This document shows positions 50,944-60,658 of a stretch of DNA of 64,000 bases, in pieces. The notes beneath the pieces were generated by a model that was not told the origin of the DNA, did no database searches, and was given only the letters and a program-made list of their open reading frames with translations. The translations under genes and the position numbers were made by a program. The stretch lies in contig OY970067.1 of assembly GCA_963705305.1 (NCBI GenBank), positions 4,672,001-4,736,000 of the forward strand. The letters run 5' to 3'. This DNA comes from an uncultured Methylomirabilota bacterium (GTDB taxonomy: Bacteria; Methylomirabilota; Methylomirabilia; Methylomirabilales; 2-02-FULL-66-22). Numbering within the stretch: position 1 is the stretch's first letter; each line of letters begins with the position of its first letter.

Positions 50944-51777
50944 TCACTCTGCGGTGGGCCGGCCGCCGGGTCGGTACCCTTCCAGATCGAGGACGACGTA
51001 CTGGTACCCCGCCGCCTTCACCGCCTGGACGACGTCACGGACGACCTCAGGCTTCAGAAACTGCCCCCACGCCTCCGGCGGAGCCTCGATCCTGGCGATG
51101 GCCTCGTGGTGCCGCACCCGGACGTCGAGGAAGCCCAGCCGGTGAAGCGCAGCCTCTGCCCGTTCGACCTGCCCCAGGCGCTCGATCGTCACCGGAACCC
51201 CGTGCGGGATCCGCGAGGCAAGGCACGCCATGGCGGGCTTCTCCGAGGTCGGCAGCTCCAGCCTCCGGGACAGCTCGCGAACGGCCGCCTTTGTCAGTCC
51301 CGCCTCCACGAGGGGGCTTCGGACCCCGTGCTGCCTGGCGGCCTCCCGGCCCGGGCGCAGATCCCCGAGATCGTCCCGGTTGGCCCCGTCCGCCACGCAG
51401 GCGTACCCCTCGCCCCGCGCCACGACTTCCAGCCGGCTGAAAAGCTCGCGCTTGCAGTAGAAGCACCGGTCGGCGAGGTTCGCCACGTAGCCCGGCTGAT
51501 TCATCTCCTTTGTCTCGACCCAACGGTGGCGAGCCCCCAGGCGGCGCGCCAGTTTCTCCGCCGCCTCGCGCTCCTCGGCGGAGAGGCTGGGCGAAACGCC
51601 GGTGACCGCGAGCACATTGTCTCCCAGCACCTGCACCGCGACCGCCAAGAGAAACGTGCTGTCCACCCCGCCGGAAAATGCCACCAGGACCCGCCCCATC
51701 TCATGCAGTACGCCTCGCAGGCGCTCATACCGGGACTCGAGATCCGGCGCAATGGCAGCCACCGCGGGTGACGTCAT
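50944..51777 (-). CDS. larE: LarE-family ATP-dependent sulfur transferase
   Basis: AFSGGVDS PP-loop; RCFYCK, DG.N.DD..D.RPG, KP..ACLASRIP.G and RVRHH motifs. Confidence 0.93.
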   Translation of the reverse strand: MTSPAVAAIAPDLESRYERLRGVLHEMGRVLVAFSGGVDSTFLLAVAVQVLGDNVLAVTGVSPSLSAEEREAAEKLARRLGARHRWVETKEMNQPGYVANLADRCFYCKRELFSRLEVVARGEGYACVADGANRDDLGDLRPGREAARQHGVRSPLVEAGLTKAAVRELSRRLELPTSEKPAMACLASRIPHGVPVTIERLGQVERAEAALHRLGFLDVRVRHHEAIARIEAPPEAWGQFLKPEVVRDVVQAVKAAGYQYVVLDLEGYRPGGRPTAE

Positions 51778-52403
51778 GGCCCCGGCCTCCTTTCCTCTTC
51801 AGTCAACTGTACGATCGGCTCCAGGGATGCGACCTCCGGAAGAACGAAGAACCTCCCCGTGATGTGGCTCTCGGGATCCTGAATGCGTGCCTGGATCACC
51901 AGGACCTCCGAGGCCTGCAGGCCCAGCGCCGTCGTCATCTGCTGGATCAACTGCGGGATGTTCTCCACATGCATCTGCGGCGGCGACGGCATCAGGCGCC
52001 GACCCACCAACTCGCTCAACTCGGTAAGAAACCCAGACGCCAGCACATTCCCGACTTCCTCCACCGCCGACCGCTCCAGCATCGACAGGGACCGCTGCTC
52101 GTTCGACCCCCCCAGGAGGGTCCGCAGCATCCGGAAGATGGTCAGCATCGGAAAGAGGATGATGATGTGGCCGGCTCCCTCGCCGGTGATTTGAAACTGC
52201 AGCGCGACGACCCCTCGGTTGCCGCTCTCTTGCAGCAGCGCGGGGAGGGCCGGAACGGGCAGGCGAAGGACGTCGGACAGCTCCAGGCGCACCGGACGGG
52301 CGAGGAGGGCCTTCAGGGACTCCCCCGCCTGGGACAGGCTCCGCTCGCTCAGGGCCCAGAGCTTCTGCACTACCGCCGGGTCGATCCGGCTTGCTTGTTC
52401 CAC
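51774..52403 (-). CDS. cheC: CheC-family chemotaxis phosphatase
   Basis: S...EVGNVL second active-site repeat, PSPP, G.F..LP; first repeat degenerate; downstream of cheA. Confidence 0.85.
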   Translation of the reverse strand: MEQASRIDPAVVQKLWALSERSLSQAGESLKALLARPVRLELSDVLRLPVPALPALLQESGNRGVVALQFQITGEGAGHIIILFPMLTIFRMLRTLLGGSNEQRSLSMLERSAVEEVGNVLASGFLTELSELVGRRLMPSPPQMHVENIPQLIQQMTTALGLQASEVLVIQARIQDPESHITGRFFVLPEVASLEPIVQLTEEERRPGP

Positions 52404-52474
52404 GACCGGCCCCCACCCTCAGCCCGTCCCGCCCCTCCCGCAGAAGCGCATCAGACTCGACGCGTGGACCCGCC

Positions 52475-54472
52475 TCAGAGCGTGTTGGGGTCCAGAATCA
52501 GCACCGTGCTGCCGTCTCCCAGTATGGTCACGCCCGCGTATCCCCGCACGGTCTTCAGGGCCTTATCCAGCGGTTTGACCACAACCTCACGATATCCGAC
52601 CAAGCGATCGACGACCAGCCCCACGAGCCGCCCCCGCATCTCGCACAGCACGACCAGGCGGGAATCCGCGGGGGCCGCCTCCGGACAGCCGAGGATCTTG
52701 CGCAGCTCGAGCAGCGGCAGCAGGGCGCCGTCCCGGGCAATCATCTCCTGCCCCTGCGCCCGCTGGATTTCGCTGCCGGCAACGGACAGGGTCTGCTCCA
52801 CCGAGGACACCGGGATGGCATACCGCTCCCCGGCAATTTCGATCAGCAGCACAGCCACCACGGCGAGTGTCAGCGGGAGCCGGAGGGTGATGGTGCTGCC
52901 CTGATCGACGACCGACTCGATCACCAAGCTGCCGTGAAGCGACTCGACCGCGGTCCGCACCACGTCCATTCCCACCCCACGCCCGGAGACATCCGTGACC
53001 TCCTTGGCCGTACTGAACCCCGGCAGGGTGATGAGTTGGAGCGTGTCGGCGTCCGACATGGCATCGTGCTGCTCCCGCGTGATGACTCCCCGCTCCAGGG
53101 CCACGCGTCGCAGGATTGCCGGATCCATCCCCCGGCCGTCATCGCTGACCCGGATGACGACCCCCTCCCGTTCTCTGGCCGCCTCCAGGCGAACCGAGCC
53201 CGTGGGAGGCTTCCCTTTTCGCACCCGCTCCTCCGCCGCCTCGATCCCATGGTCGATGCAATTGCGGAGAATGTGCAGGATAGGGTCCGGCAGCTCCTCC
53301 AGGATGGCCCGATCCAGCTCGATCTCCTTGCCGATCACGTCGAAGTTCACTTCTTTGCCGCGGCGCCTCGCCAGGTCGCGAACGGCGCGGGGAAAGCGGT
53401 CGGCGATGAGCTCCAGCGGCATCATGCGGAGCTTCATCGCCTGCTGCTGCAGCCCGCGAACCAGCGTATCCACTCTCCCAATGCTCTCGCGTAGCACCTG
53501 CGACTCGATAGTCTGGCCGCGCTCCACCAAGCTGCCCTTGGCGGTCACGAGCTCTCCGACCTGATCCATCAGGTTATCCAGCAGGCGGGTATCCACCCGC
53601 ATCATCGTCGCCGAATGGACCCGCCGGGCGGGCGGGGGCGCGGCCGCCGGCACAGCCGGAGCCGCCTCCGCCGCAACGGCCGCGCGAGGGGCGACGGATC
53701 CCGGCGCCGGAGGAGCCGCCGCCTGCCCGGACCGCGTCTCCGGAGGGGCTGGCTGCGGCCCTAGCTCCGCGGGACGGACAACCACCGAGACCACGTCGGG
53801 GAGACTGCCCAGGAAGGCCTTGAGTTCCTCCGCCGTTCGGGTGGTGCCGATGAGCATCGAGAGGCCACCGGAGAACTGCCCGGCCTGTACCTGCTCTATC
53901 GTCGGGGCCGACCGAAGGACCTCGCCCAGTTCCCGGACCCGTTTGAGGGTGATGTAGGCGCGTGCGGAGGGCAGGGGAGCATCGCCCGTGATCTGGATCT
54001 CGACGGCAAACTGCGTCGCGCCCGGTGGAGCAGGGACGGATTTGACGGCCGCCACGGGAACATCCGCCGTCACGTCCGGGAGCGCTGGCGCGGTTGCCAG
54101 CAGGTGCGAGGCCATCTTGGCCACGTACTCGTCGGACTTCAGCGAGGGCGGCTGCCCCGCGGCGATCTCCTCCACCGTCCGTCGCAGGAGATCCACCCCC
54201 TCGAACAGGAGATCGATGCCCCGGCGCTCCAAGGCCCCTTTGCCTCCGCGAAACTGATCCAGGTAATCCTCCATCCGGTGGGAGACCTTGGCCAGCTCCT
54301 CGTACCCCATGGATGCCGACATGCCCTTGATGGAGTGAGCCTCGCGGAACAGGTTGTCGATGGCTGCGCGATCCGCCCCGTTCTGCTCCAGCTGGAGCAA
54401 GAGGCCATCCATGCGCTGCATCCGCTCCTGCGACTCGCTGACGTACATCTTGATGTACTTCGACATATCCAT
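52475..54472 (-). CDS. cheA: Chemotaxis histidine kinase CheA
   Basis: HPt FREAHSIKGMS, P2, LDNLMDQVGELV, RNCIDHGIE, DDGRG, GFSTA..VTDVSGRGVGMD and CheW domain. Confidence 0.97.
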   Translation of the reverse strand: MDMSKYIKMYVSESQERMQRMDGLLLQLEQNGADRAAIDNLFREAHSIKGMSASMGYEELAKVSHRMEDYLDQFRGGKGALERRGIDLLFEGVDLLRRTVEEIAAGQPPSLKSDEYVAKMASHLLATAPALPDVTADVPVAAVKSVPAPPGATQFAVEIQITGDAPLPSARAYITLKRVRELGEVLRSAPTIEQVQAGQFSGGLSMLIGTTRTAEELKAFLGSLPDVVSVVVRPAELGPQPAPPETRSGQAAAPPAPGSVAPRAAVAAEAAPAVPAAAPPPARRVHSATMMRVDTRLLDNLMDQVGELVTAKGSLVERGQTIESQVLRESIGRVDTLVRGLQQQAMKLRMMPLELIADRFPRAVRDLARRRGKEVNFDVIGKEIELDRAILEELPDPILHILRNCIDHGIEAAEERVRKGKPPTGSVRLEAAREREGVVIRVSDDGRGMDPAILRRVALERGVITREQHDAMSDADTLQLITLPGFSTAKEVTDVSGRGVGMDVVRTAVESLHGSLVIESVVDQGSTITLRLPLTLAVVAVLLIEIAGERYAIPVSSVEQTLSVAGSEIQRAQGQEMIARDGALLPLLELRKILGCPEAAPADSRLVVLCEMRGRLVGLVVDRLVGYREVVVKPLDKALKTVRGYAGVTILGDGSTVLILDPNTL

Positions 54473-54478
54473 GACAGA

Positions 54479-55147
54479 CTACTCCGCGATGAAGGCCAGC
54501 GCCCCCTCCCGGGAGGCCATGGCCGCTCGACACGCCGCCCGGATCTCGGCGGCCATCTCGCCCAGGGGCACCATGCGATCGGCGAGGCCCGACTCCGCCA
54601 GCGCCCGCGGCATTCCGTACACCACGCACGTCGCCTCGGACTCGGCCAGGATCAGCCCCCTGCGGGCCTTGATGGCCCGCGCGCCCTCGAGCCCATCGCG
54701 CCCCATCCCGGTCAGCACCACGCCGACGGTCCGAGCGCCAAAGGCCTCTGCCATGGACAGGAACAGTTCGTCCACCGACGGCCGCACGCCGTGCCGAGGC
54801 GGCGCGTCCGTCAGGAGCGTCCGATACGCCCTGCGCGAGGCCCGCTCCACCACCAGATGCCGGCCGGCCGGAGCGAGGTAGAGCCCGCCCGGTGCGACCG
54901 TCTCGCCGTCCTTCGCCTCCCCGACCGGGAACACCGCCACCTCGGCCAGGCGACGGAGCAGGACCCCCGTGAACTTAGGATGGATGTGCTGGACGAGAAA
55001 TGCGTACGACGTGGCGGGAATCTCGAGCTCCGTCACCAACTTGAGGAGAGCCCTCGGGCCTCCCGTGGAGGCTCCAATGCAGAGTCCGATCGGTGCAGTC
55101 GTCCGGGATCGAGGCCCAGCGCCCGGCGACTGCCCATCGCCGGTCAC
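54479..55147 (-). CDS. cheB: CheB methylesterase, catalytic domain only
   Basis: GASTGGP, VQH, RPSVD, LTGMGRDG and VYGMP motifs; GTGA overlap with the cheY stop; no receiver domain. Confidence 0.9.
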   Translation of the reverse strand: MTGDGQSPGAGPRSRTTAPIGLCIGASTGGPRALLKLVTELEIPATSYAFLVQHIHPKFTGVLLRRLAEVAVFPVGEAKDGETVAPGGLYLAPAGRHLVVERASRRAYRTLLTDAPPRHGVRPSVDELFLSMAEAFGARTVGVVLTGMGRDGLEGARAIKARRGLILAESEATCVVYGMPRALAESGLADRMVPLGEMAAEIRAACRAAMASREGALAFIAE

Positions 55148-55560
55148 CGCTCCTCCCCCTCGCGCCGGTAGGGCGACAGGGGCTGGAAATGGTCGTCGAG
55201 GCCGAGCACGCTCTGGACGACGCGGAGGACCCGAGCCGGCTGAAAGGGCTTGACGATGAAATCCCGGGCGCCCGCCTCGATGGCCTCGGCAATCAGGGTC
55301 TCCTGGCCTAGCGCGCTGCACATGATAACCTTGGCGGTTGGATCAACGCCCATGATCTCCTTCAGCGCGGTGATCCCATCCATCTGGGGCATCACGATGT
55401 CCATGGTTGTCAGGTCCGGGCGAAGCTCTTTGAACAGACGGACGGCTTCCACTCCGTTCTCGGCCTCTCCGGCAATGACGAACGGCTGGCGGGCAAAGAT
55501 GTCGCGGATTATGCTCCGCATAAAGATCGCATCGTCCACGACCAGGATCTTGATGCTCAC
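55144..55560 (-). CDS. cheY: CheY response regulator
   Basis: VVDDA.FMR, MDIVMP.MDG, SALGQ and DFIVKPF motifs. Confidence 0.95.
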   Translation of the reverse strand: MSIKILVVDDAIFMRSIIRDIFARQPFVIAGEAENGVEAVRLFKELRPDLTTMDIVMPQMDGITALKEIMGVDPTAKVIMCSALGQETLIAEAIEAGARDFIVKPFQPARVLRVVQSVLGLDDHFQPLSPYRREGEER

Positions 55561-55608
55561 CCGTACCTCCCGACCCGGGCACTCGTGAGCGCCCCTCGGG
55601 TCCCGGAA

Positions 55609-56145
55609 TTACACGACGCCCCAGTTCTCGATTGAGAGTCCCCACTCTTCCTGGAAGCGAGCAAACACCCGGGACAGGTCCAGCAGGCCGATCACCCGAC
55701 CCTCCAATTCGAATACCCCTTCGAGCGCTCCCGGGCTATTCTCCCGCAGGGGGGGCGGTTCGATGGTGGAGGGGGCGATTTCCCAAACCTGGCCGATCTC
55801 CTGAACCGCCAAGCCGACCGACAGGTCCGGATCGCCTAGGTCCAGCACCACGGCGTGGGTGACGGGGCGCATCCCCGGGTCAAGGCTCAAGCAGCCCGCC
55901 AGGTCGAACAGGGCGAGAATCCGCCCCCGCAGATTCAGCATGCCCAGAATCTCCGGGGGGGCATTGGGTACCCGGGTCACCCGTTCCAGACGCTGGACCT
56001 CCCGCACCCATTGGATGGGGAGGCCGAACCACTCGTCGCAGGCGCGGAACAGGATGATCCGGCGGAGCTCCTCCGGCGGCGTCTCCGCCAGCGCCTCCGG
56101 TCCGAGCGGCGCCAGAACGCCTTCTCGATCCTCAGGCCCCGACAT
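55609..56145 (-). CDS. cheW: CheW coupling protein
   Basis: [19 protein letters not shown] and LLDL motifs. Confidence 0.93.
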   Translation of the reverse strand: MSGPEDREGVLAPLGPEALAETPPEELRRIILFRACDEWFGLPIQWVREVQRLERVTRVPNAPPEILGMLNLRGRILALFDLAGCLSLDPGMRPVTHAVVLDLGDPDLSVGLAVQEIGQVWEIAPSTIEPPPLRENSPGALEGVFELEGRVIGLLDLSRVFARFQEEWGLSIENWGVV

Positions 56146-57400
56146 TGAAGCGCGCCACCAGGGTCTTGAGCTTGTCCGCCAGGCCGCTCAGCTGCTGCGC
56201 CGACTGGGCCATCTGCTCCATGGAGGCCGTCTGTTCGGTCGTGGCCGCCGAAGCTTCCTGGGTGGAGGCCGCATTGTCCTCCGCCACCTTGGCGATCTCG
56301 TCGATCGTCTTCACCAGCTCCTGCGCACTCTGGGTCTGTCGGTCGGTGAGGGCGGAGATCTCCTGCACCTTCTTGACCTGGTCCACCACCACGCGGACGA
56401 TCTCCTCGAGGGCGTCGCTGGTGTACGTCAGTCCCTCGCGGCCGGAGGTGATCTCCCCCGTGGCCACCTCCATGGACGAGCCCACCCGGACCGTTTCCGC
56501 CTGGACCTGGCGAATGATCTCGGCGATCTTCTCCGCAGAGCTGGCCGCCTCGGTGGCGAGCTTGCGCACTTCTTCCGCCACCACCGCGAAGCCGCGACCC
56601 GCCTCCCCGGCCCGCGCCGCCTCGATGGTGGCGTTCAGCGCCAGAAGATTGGTCTGCTGGGCGATCTTGGTGATGACGTCCACAATGGTTCCGATCTGTT
56701 GGGTCTTCTCGCTGAAGCCTTTCACCCCGCCCGCCGCCCCTTCGATGATCGTGAAGACCTGGCGCATCTTCTCCATGGCTTCACGGGCGGACTTGCCGCC
56801 CGTCTGCGCCGTGTACCCTGCTTCGGACGCGGCCTCGGACGCGGCCTTGGCCCGCGTGGCGATCTCGGTGATCCCGCGGGCCATCTCGCGCATGACGTTG
56901 GAGGTCTGCTCGATCAGGCTGGCCTGGTGCTCCGCCCCTTTGGCGATCTGCTCGACGGTGGCCGCAATCTCCTCGGTCGAGGCGTTCATTTCCTCTGCCG
57001 ATGCGGACAGGGCCAGGGCGGAGCTCGTCACGGCCTCCGAGGTCGTCTTTACTTCCCGTGCGATCTCCCGGAGGCTGCCGACCATCTGGTTGAAGGTCGT
57101 GGCCAGTTCCCCCACCTCGTCGGTCGTGTTGACGGGGACATCGCGGCTCAGATCCCCCTCCGCCACTGTCCTGGCGGTGCTGACCAGGGAGCGGATCTCT
57201 GTGGTCAGGCTCTTGGACATCACGAACGCCAGAACCATGCCTGCGAGAATCGCCATCATCCCCGTGATGATCAGGATGTACTCCGGGGGGATGAACCGCT
57301 GCAGGCCGATGGAGAGCAGCCCGGACAGCACCACGGTCGCCAGGATCACCAGGAGAAATCCGGCGTACAGCTTCTTGCCGATGGTCGCTGATGATTGCAT
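56132..57400 (-). CDS. Methyl-accepting chemotaxis protein without a periplasmic sensor (DifA-like)
   Basis: Two TM helices with a loop of about 10 aa; HAMP (GDLS..DEVGEL..FNQM); [37 protein letters not shown]. Confidence 0.95.
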   Translation of the reverse strand: MQSSATIGKKLYAGFLLVILATVVLSGLLSIGLQRFIPPEYILIITGMMAILAGMVLAFVMSKSLTTEIRSLVSTARTVAEGDLSRDVPVNTTDEVGELATTFNQMVGSLREIAREVKTTSEAVTSSALALSASAEEMNASTEEIAATVEQIAKGAEHQASLIEQTSNVMREMARGITEIATRAKAASEAASEAGYTAQTGGKSAREAMEKMRQVFTIIEGAAGGVKGFSEKTQQIGTIVDVITKIAQQTNLLALNATIEAARAGEAGRGFAVVAEEVRKLATEAASSAEKIAEIIRQVQAETVRVGSSMEVATGEITSGREGLTYTSDALEEIVRVVVDQVKKVQEISALTDRQTQSAQELVKTIDEIAKVAEDNAASTQEASAATTEQTASMEQMAQSAQQLSGLADKLKTLVARFNVGA

Positions 57401-57480
57401 CGATCTCCTCCCCGGGATCCACTCGATACACTCGCACCTGGCCTAGAAAACCAGCGGGCCCGCGCCTGAGCGTGCACCGT

Positions 57481-57540
57481 ACCTTACCGTAGCCCGATCA
57501 CCTTCGTCAAGCGGAAACCCCCATTTTCACACGGGGTTTC
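57481..57540 (-). promoter_or_regulatory. Hairpin after cheR followed by a putative internal promoter for the MCP operon
   Basis: GAAACCCC..GGGGTTTC stem at 57514-57540, then minus strand TTGACG-18 nt-TAAGGT. Confidence 0.45.
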
Positions 57541-57579
57541 TGAATTCGATCCGCATGCATCCCGATTCCGGCCGTCGCA

Positions 57580-58437
57580 CTAGACCCGTTTCCGGTACAC
57601 TCGCTCGCCCACGTCCACCGCCTCGAACAGCCGGTGGGTGGCTCCACTGAGCCCTTCGACCTTTCCCAGGACCAGAAATCCGCCGGGTTTGAGCGCCGCA
57701 TGGAGTCCGCCCAGCACGCGTTCCTGCAGCCCTTCCGTCATGTAGATCAGGACGTTCCGGAAAACGATCAGGTCCAGGCGGCCGAATGGGGGCGGATCCA
57801 GAATGTTGTGAGTCCGAAAGTACACCAGGCGACGCAGCATGGGCCGCACCTGGTACATGCCGCCGACGGCCGTGAAGTAGCGCCGCCTCCAGCGCTCGGG
57901 AACGTGGACGAGGCTCCCAGCCGGATACCGGCCCTCCCGGGCCTGCCGCAGGCAGTCGGGCTCGATGTCGGTGCCGTAGATGGCGCAGGCCGGCTTGCGG
58001 ACGGTATCCGGCAGCACCTCCAGGAAAAGGATGGCCAGGGAGTACGCCTCCTCCCCACAGGCACACCCGGCGCTCCAGACGCGCAGGAGTATTTCCTCCG
58101 ACCGGATCTTCTCGGCCTGAAGAACGGGGAGCACCCTGCGGCGTATAGCCTCAAAGGCCGTCGGGTTCCGAAAGAATTGGGACACGTGAATGGTGAGGGC
58201 CTTGACCAGCCGGCCCCGCTCGACCGGATCCCGGCTGACCAACCTGAGGTAGGCCCGCAGCTGGGGAGCGCCGCAGGCCCGCTGGCGAACCGCAATGCGG
58301 CGCAGGATGCATTGATCCTTGTAGAGGTTGAGGTCGATCCCGCCCGCCGCCACCACCAGGTCCCGAAGCTTGACGTACGCCTCCGCCTCCAGCTTCGCGC
58401 GCAGGGTGGATGCCGACCGTTCGCCTGTTGGGGCCAT
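57580..58437 (-). CDS. cheR: CheR methyltransferase
   Basis: LTIHVSQFFRN, WSAGCACGEEAYS, GTDI and DLIVFRNVLIY motifs. Confidence 0.94.
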   Translation of the reverse strand: MAPTGERSASTLRAKLEAEAYVKLRDLVVAAGGIDLNLYKDQCILRRIAVRQRACGAPQLRAYLRLVSRDPVERGRLVKALTIHVSQFFRNPTAFEAIRRRVLPVLQAEKIRSEEILLRVWSAGCACGEEAYSLAILFLEVLPDTVRKPACAIYGTDIEPDCLRQAREGRYPAGSLVHVPERWRRRYFTAVGGMYQVRPMLRRLVYFRTHNILDPPPFGRLDLIVFRNVLIYMTEGLQERVLGGLHAALKPGGFLVLGKVEGLSGATHRLFEAVDVGERVYRKRV

Positions 58438-58501
58438 GCTCTCGTCCCGGCTCGCTTTGGGGGGACACCCGGCAGTCCCCCCGCAGGATGACGAACGGCG
58501 C

Positions 58502-58936
58502 CTAGCGTTTCTTGGGCAGCTCGGGCTTGGCCCCACGCGCCTGCCCGGTGCCCACCAGGGGATTGGCCTGGGCGTCCAGGCCGGACACCACCCGAAGATT
58601 CTGCTCGAATTCCTTGAGGCGGGCCATCTCCACCTTCAGCCGCCCGAGCTGCTCCGCCTGGCCTTCGAGGAGTGCGGCGAGCGAGCGGTTCTCGCGCTCG
58701 AGATACGCGATGCGGGCCAAGTCCATCTGCCCCCGGAACAGCCGCAGGATGGCGGCCGCGGAGCCGAACAGCAACACCAGAATAAGCAGGACGGCGACGA
58801 GCAGTACGCGCTTGGACACCCGGAGTCGATGCATGCGCCCGGATTCCGTGAAGGCCACGATGGTCACGGACCCATGCAGCGGCCGCCCCGGGCGCCCTCG
58901 GCTGCTGCGGCGAGGAGTTCTGGCTTCCGCGGCCAT
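58502..58936 (-). CDS. Hypothetical single-TM coiled-coil protein
   Basis: AGAAGGAGG RBS; beta hairpin, TM helix, then heptad repeat; resembles the N-terminal part of M23 peptidases without the catalytic domain. Confidence 0.65.
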   Translation of the reverse strand: MAAEARTPRRSSRGRPGRPLHGSVTIVAFTESGRMHRLRVSKRVLLVAVLLILVLLFGSAAAILRLFRGQMDLARIAYLERENRSLAALLEGQAEQLGRLKVEMARLKEFEQNLRVVSGLDAQANPLVGTGQARGAKPELPKKR

Positions 58937-59154
58937 GCGTGCCTCCTTCTCCAGCGGCGCCGGGAACGCGTTCGAAAACCCGGCGGAGGGCGAAACCGCT
59001 CCGGGATGCCGCTGGCGTCGGCTCAAACAGGGGAATGAACAGGACCGGGCTCGCCCCCGGGACGCAGCGCCTCCACCGCCATAGGCTGCAAAACGGATCC
59101 GTCCGCGTCAAGCGCCATTTGCTCGTTGTCTCTTCCCGCCAGTGAGGCTATCGG

Positions 59155-59445
59155 CCTCACAGGCGGCTAAAAACCCGTCACCTTCCAGGCTGCTCAAAAA
59201 GGTCCAGATGTCCCTCGACTTCGCTCGGGACCGTGAGCGGTTCGACTGTGCTCACCGCCCTGAGCTTGTCGAAGGGCCTGTCGAACGGCAAGGCGGCGCG
59301 CCGGGTACCCGTCCGCAGGATGGGTGCAGGCGCGAGGCGTACTAACGGGTACCTCGCAGCGTCGCGGGAGCGCGCGGGGTACCCGTCCGCAGGATGGGCA
59401 CCCATCAGATGGGTACCCGGCAGATGGGCCTTTTTCAGCAGCCCG
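59155..59445. repeat. Non-autonomous MITE/REP-like palindromic element, copy B (inverted relative to A)
   Basis: Same terminal inverted repeats (59185-59445); 114 bp identical to copy A; abuts the pncB TAG. Confidence 0.9.
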
Positions 59446-60612
59446 CTACAGGCCCACCTGGTCCAGGTCCGCCAGCACCTGCCGCCGGATGGTGTGCACG
59501 TCCGGGAGTGTCCGCGCCAGACGTCCCGCCGTCAACAGGGGCTGCAGCAGGGGAACCATCTCGTGATCGCAGCATCTCGGGGTGGCGCCGCCGGCGGGCA
59601 GTACCTGGTTCCGGGCGCAGCGCGGGCAACGAAAGACCGCCTTGCGACCCGACATCTTCCCCCGCTTGGCCACCGGATGGCCGTCCACTTCCACGATGTC
59701 CATGGCGAAGTTCAGCACCGGGGCGTTGCTGATGGACGTGCCGATGCCGTACGCATCGGCCACGCTGTTGAGGCGCAGGATCTCGTCCTCGTCCAGGCCT
59801 CCACTCACGAACAGCTGGACATGCCGGAACCCCCGGAGATCCAGCTCCCACCGCACCTCCCGCAGAATCTCCGCCAAGTCCCCCCGCCGCGACGCGGGCG
59901 TATCCAGACGAACGGCATACAGGTCCGATCCCAGGGCCTCGGCCACACGGACAGCTTCGACCTTTTCGTCCCCAAAGGTGTCGATCAGCACGACCCGTCG
60001 CACGGCGCGGTCCACGATCTCGTGGAAGGCTTGCGCCGCCACCACCGTGTCCCCTAGCATAAGGACCAGGGAGTGTGGCATGGTCCCGCTCGGCTCCACC
60101 TGCAAAAGCTCCGCACTCTTCACCACGGCCACCCCGACGCAGCCCCCCAGGAATGCGTTCCGCTCGATCATGGGCGCGAGGACCGGGTGCATGCGCCGGG
60201 CCCCGAAGCTGATCACCGGGCGCCCCGCCGCCGCCTTGGTGCAGCGGGCGGCCTTGGTGGCCACCCCCGACGCCTGGCAGAGGACTCCCAGCAGGGCCGT
60301 CTCAAATTGCGCATAGTCCACATACCGGCCTTCGATCGTGAGGACCGGCTGCATGGTCCCGAAGATCGTCCCCTCCGGAAAGGCGTGCACGGTGACGGGG
60401 AGCCCGCGCAGTAAGGCCGCCGCCTCTTCGATCCCCGCCAGGACGCCCCAGCCCCACCCGGACGGAAAGCTCTTCAGGACCACTTCCGCCACGGCATGCT
60501 TGGTGACCCCGCGCGCCCGCAGAATTTCGAGAGTCCGCAGGAAGTACACGTCGGTGATCTGCCCTTCCCGAATCTCCCGCTCCGTCGCTGTATGGAATCG
60601 TGGCTCAATCAT
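59446..60612 (-). CDS. pncB: Nicotinate phosphoribosyltransferase (short form)
   Basis: TDVYF, FGARR.HP, GTMPHS, LIDTF, VRLDTP.SRRG, SGGL, GIGT and K.GK motifs. Confidence 0.92.
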   Translation of the reverse strand: MIEPRFHTATEREIREGQITDVYFLRTLEILRARGVTKHAVAEVVLKSFPSGWGWGVLAGIEEAAALLRGLPVTVHAFPEGTIFGTMQPVLTIEGRYVDYAQFETALLGVLCQASGVATKAARCTKAAAGRPVISFGARRMHPVLAPMIERNAFLGGCVGVAVVKSAELLQVEPSGTMPHSLVLMLGDTVVAAQAFHEIVDRAVRRVVLIDTFGDEKVEAVRVAEALGSDLYAVRLDTPASRRGDLAEILREVRWELDLRGFRHVQLFVSGGLDEDEILRLNSVADAYGIGTSISNAPVLNFAMDIVEVDGHPVAKRGKMSGRKAVFRCPRCARNQVLPAGGATPRCCDHEMVPLLQPLLTAGRLARTLPDVHTIRRQVLADLDQVGL

Positions 60613-60658
60613 CAGGGTCCCGTCCCCTCAGGTGCGCCCGGCCTGGTGCGGGCGCTCC

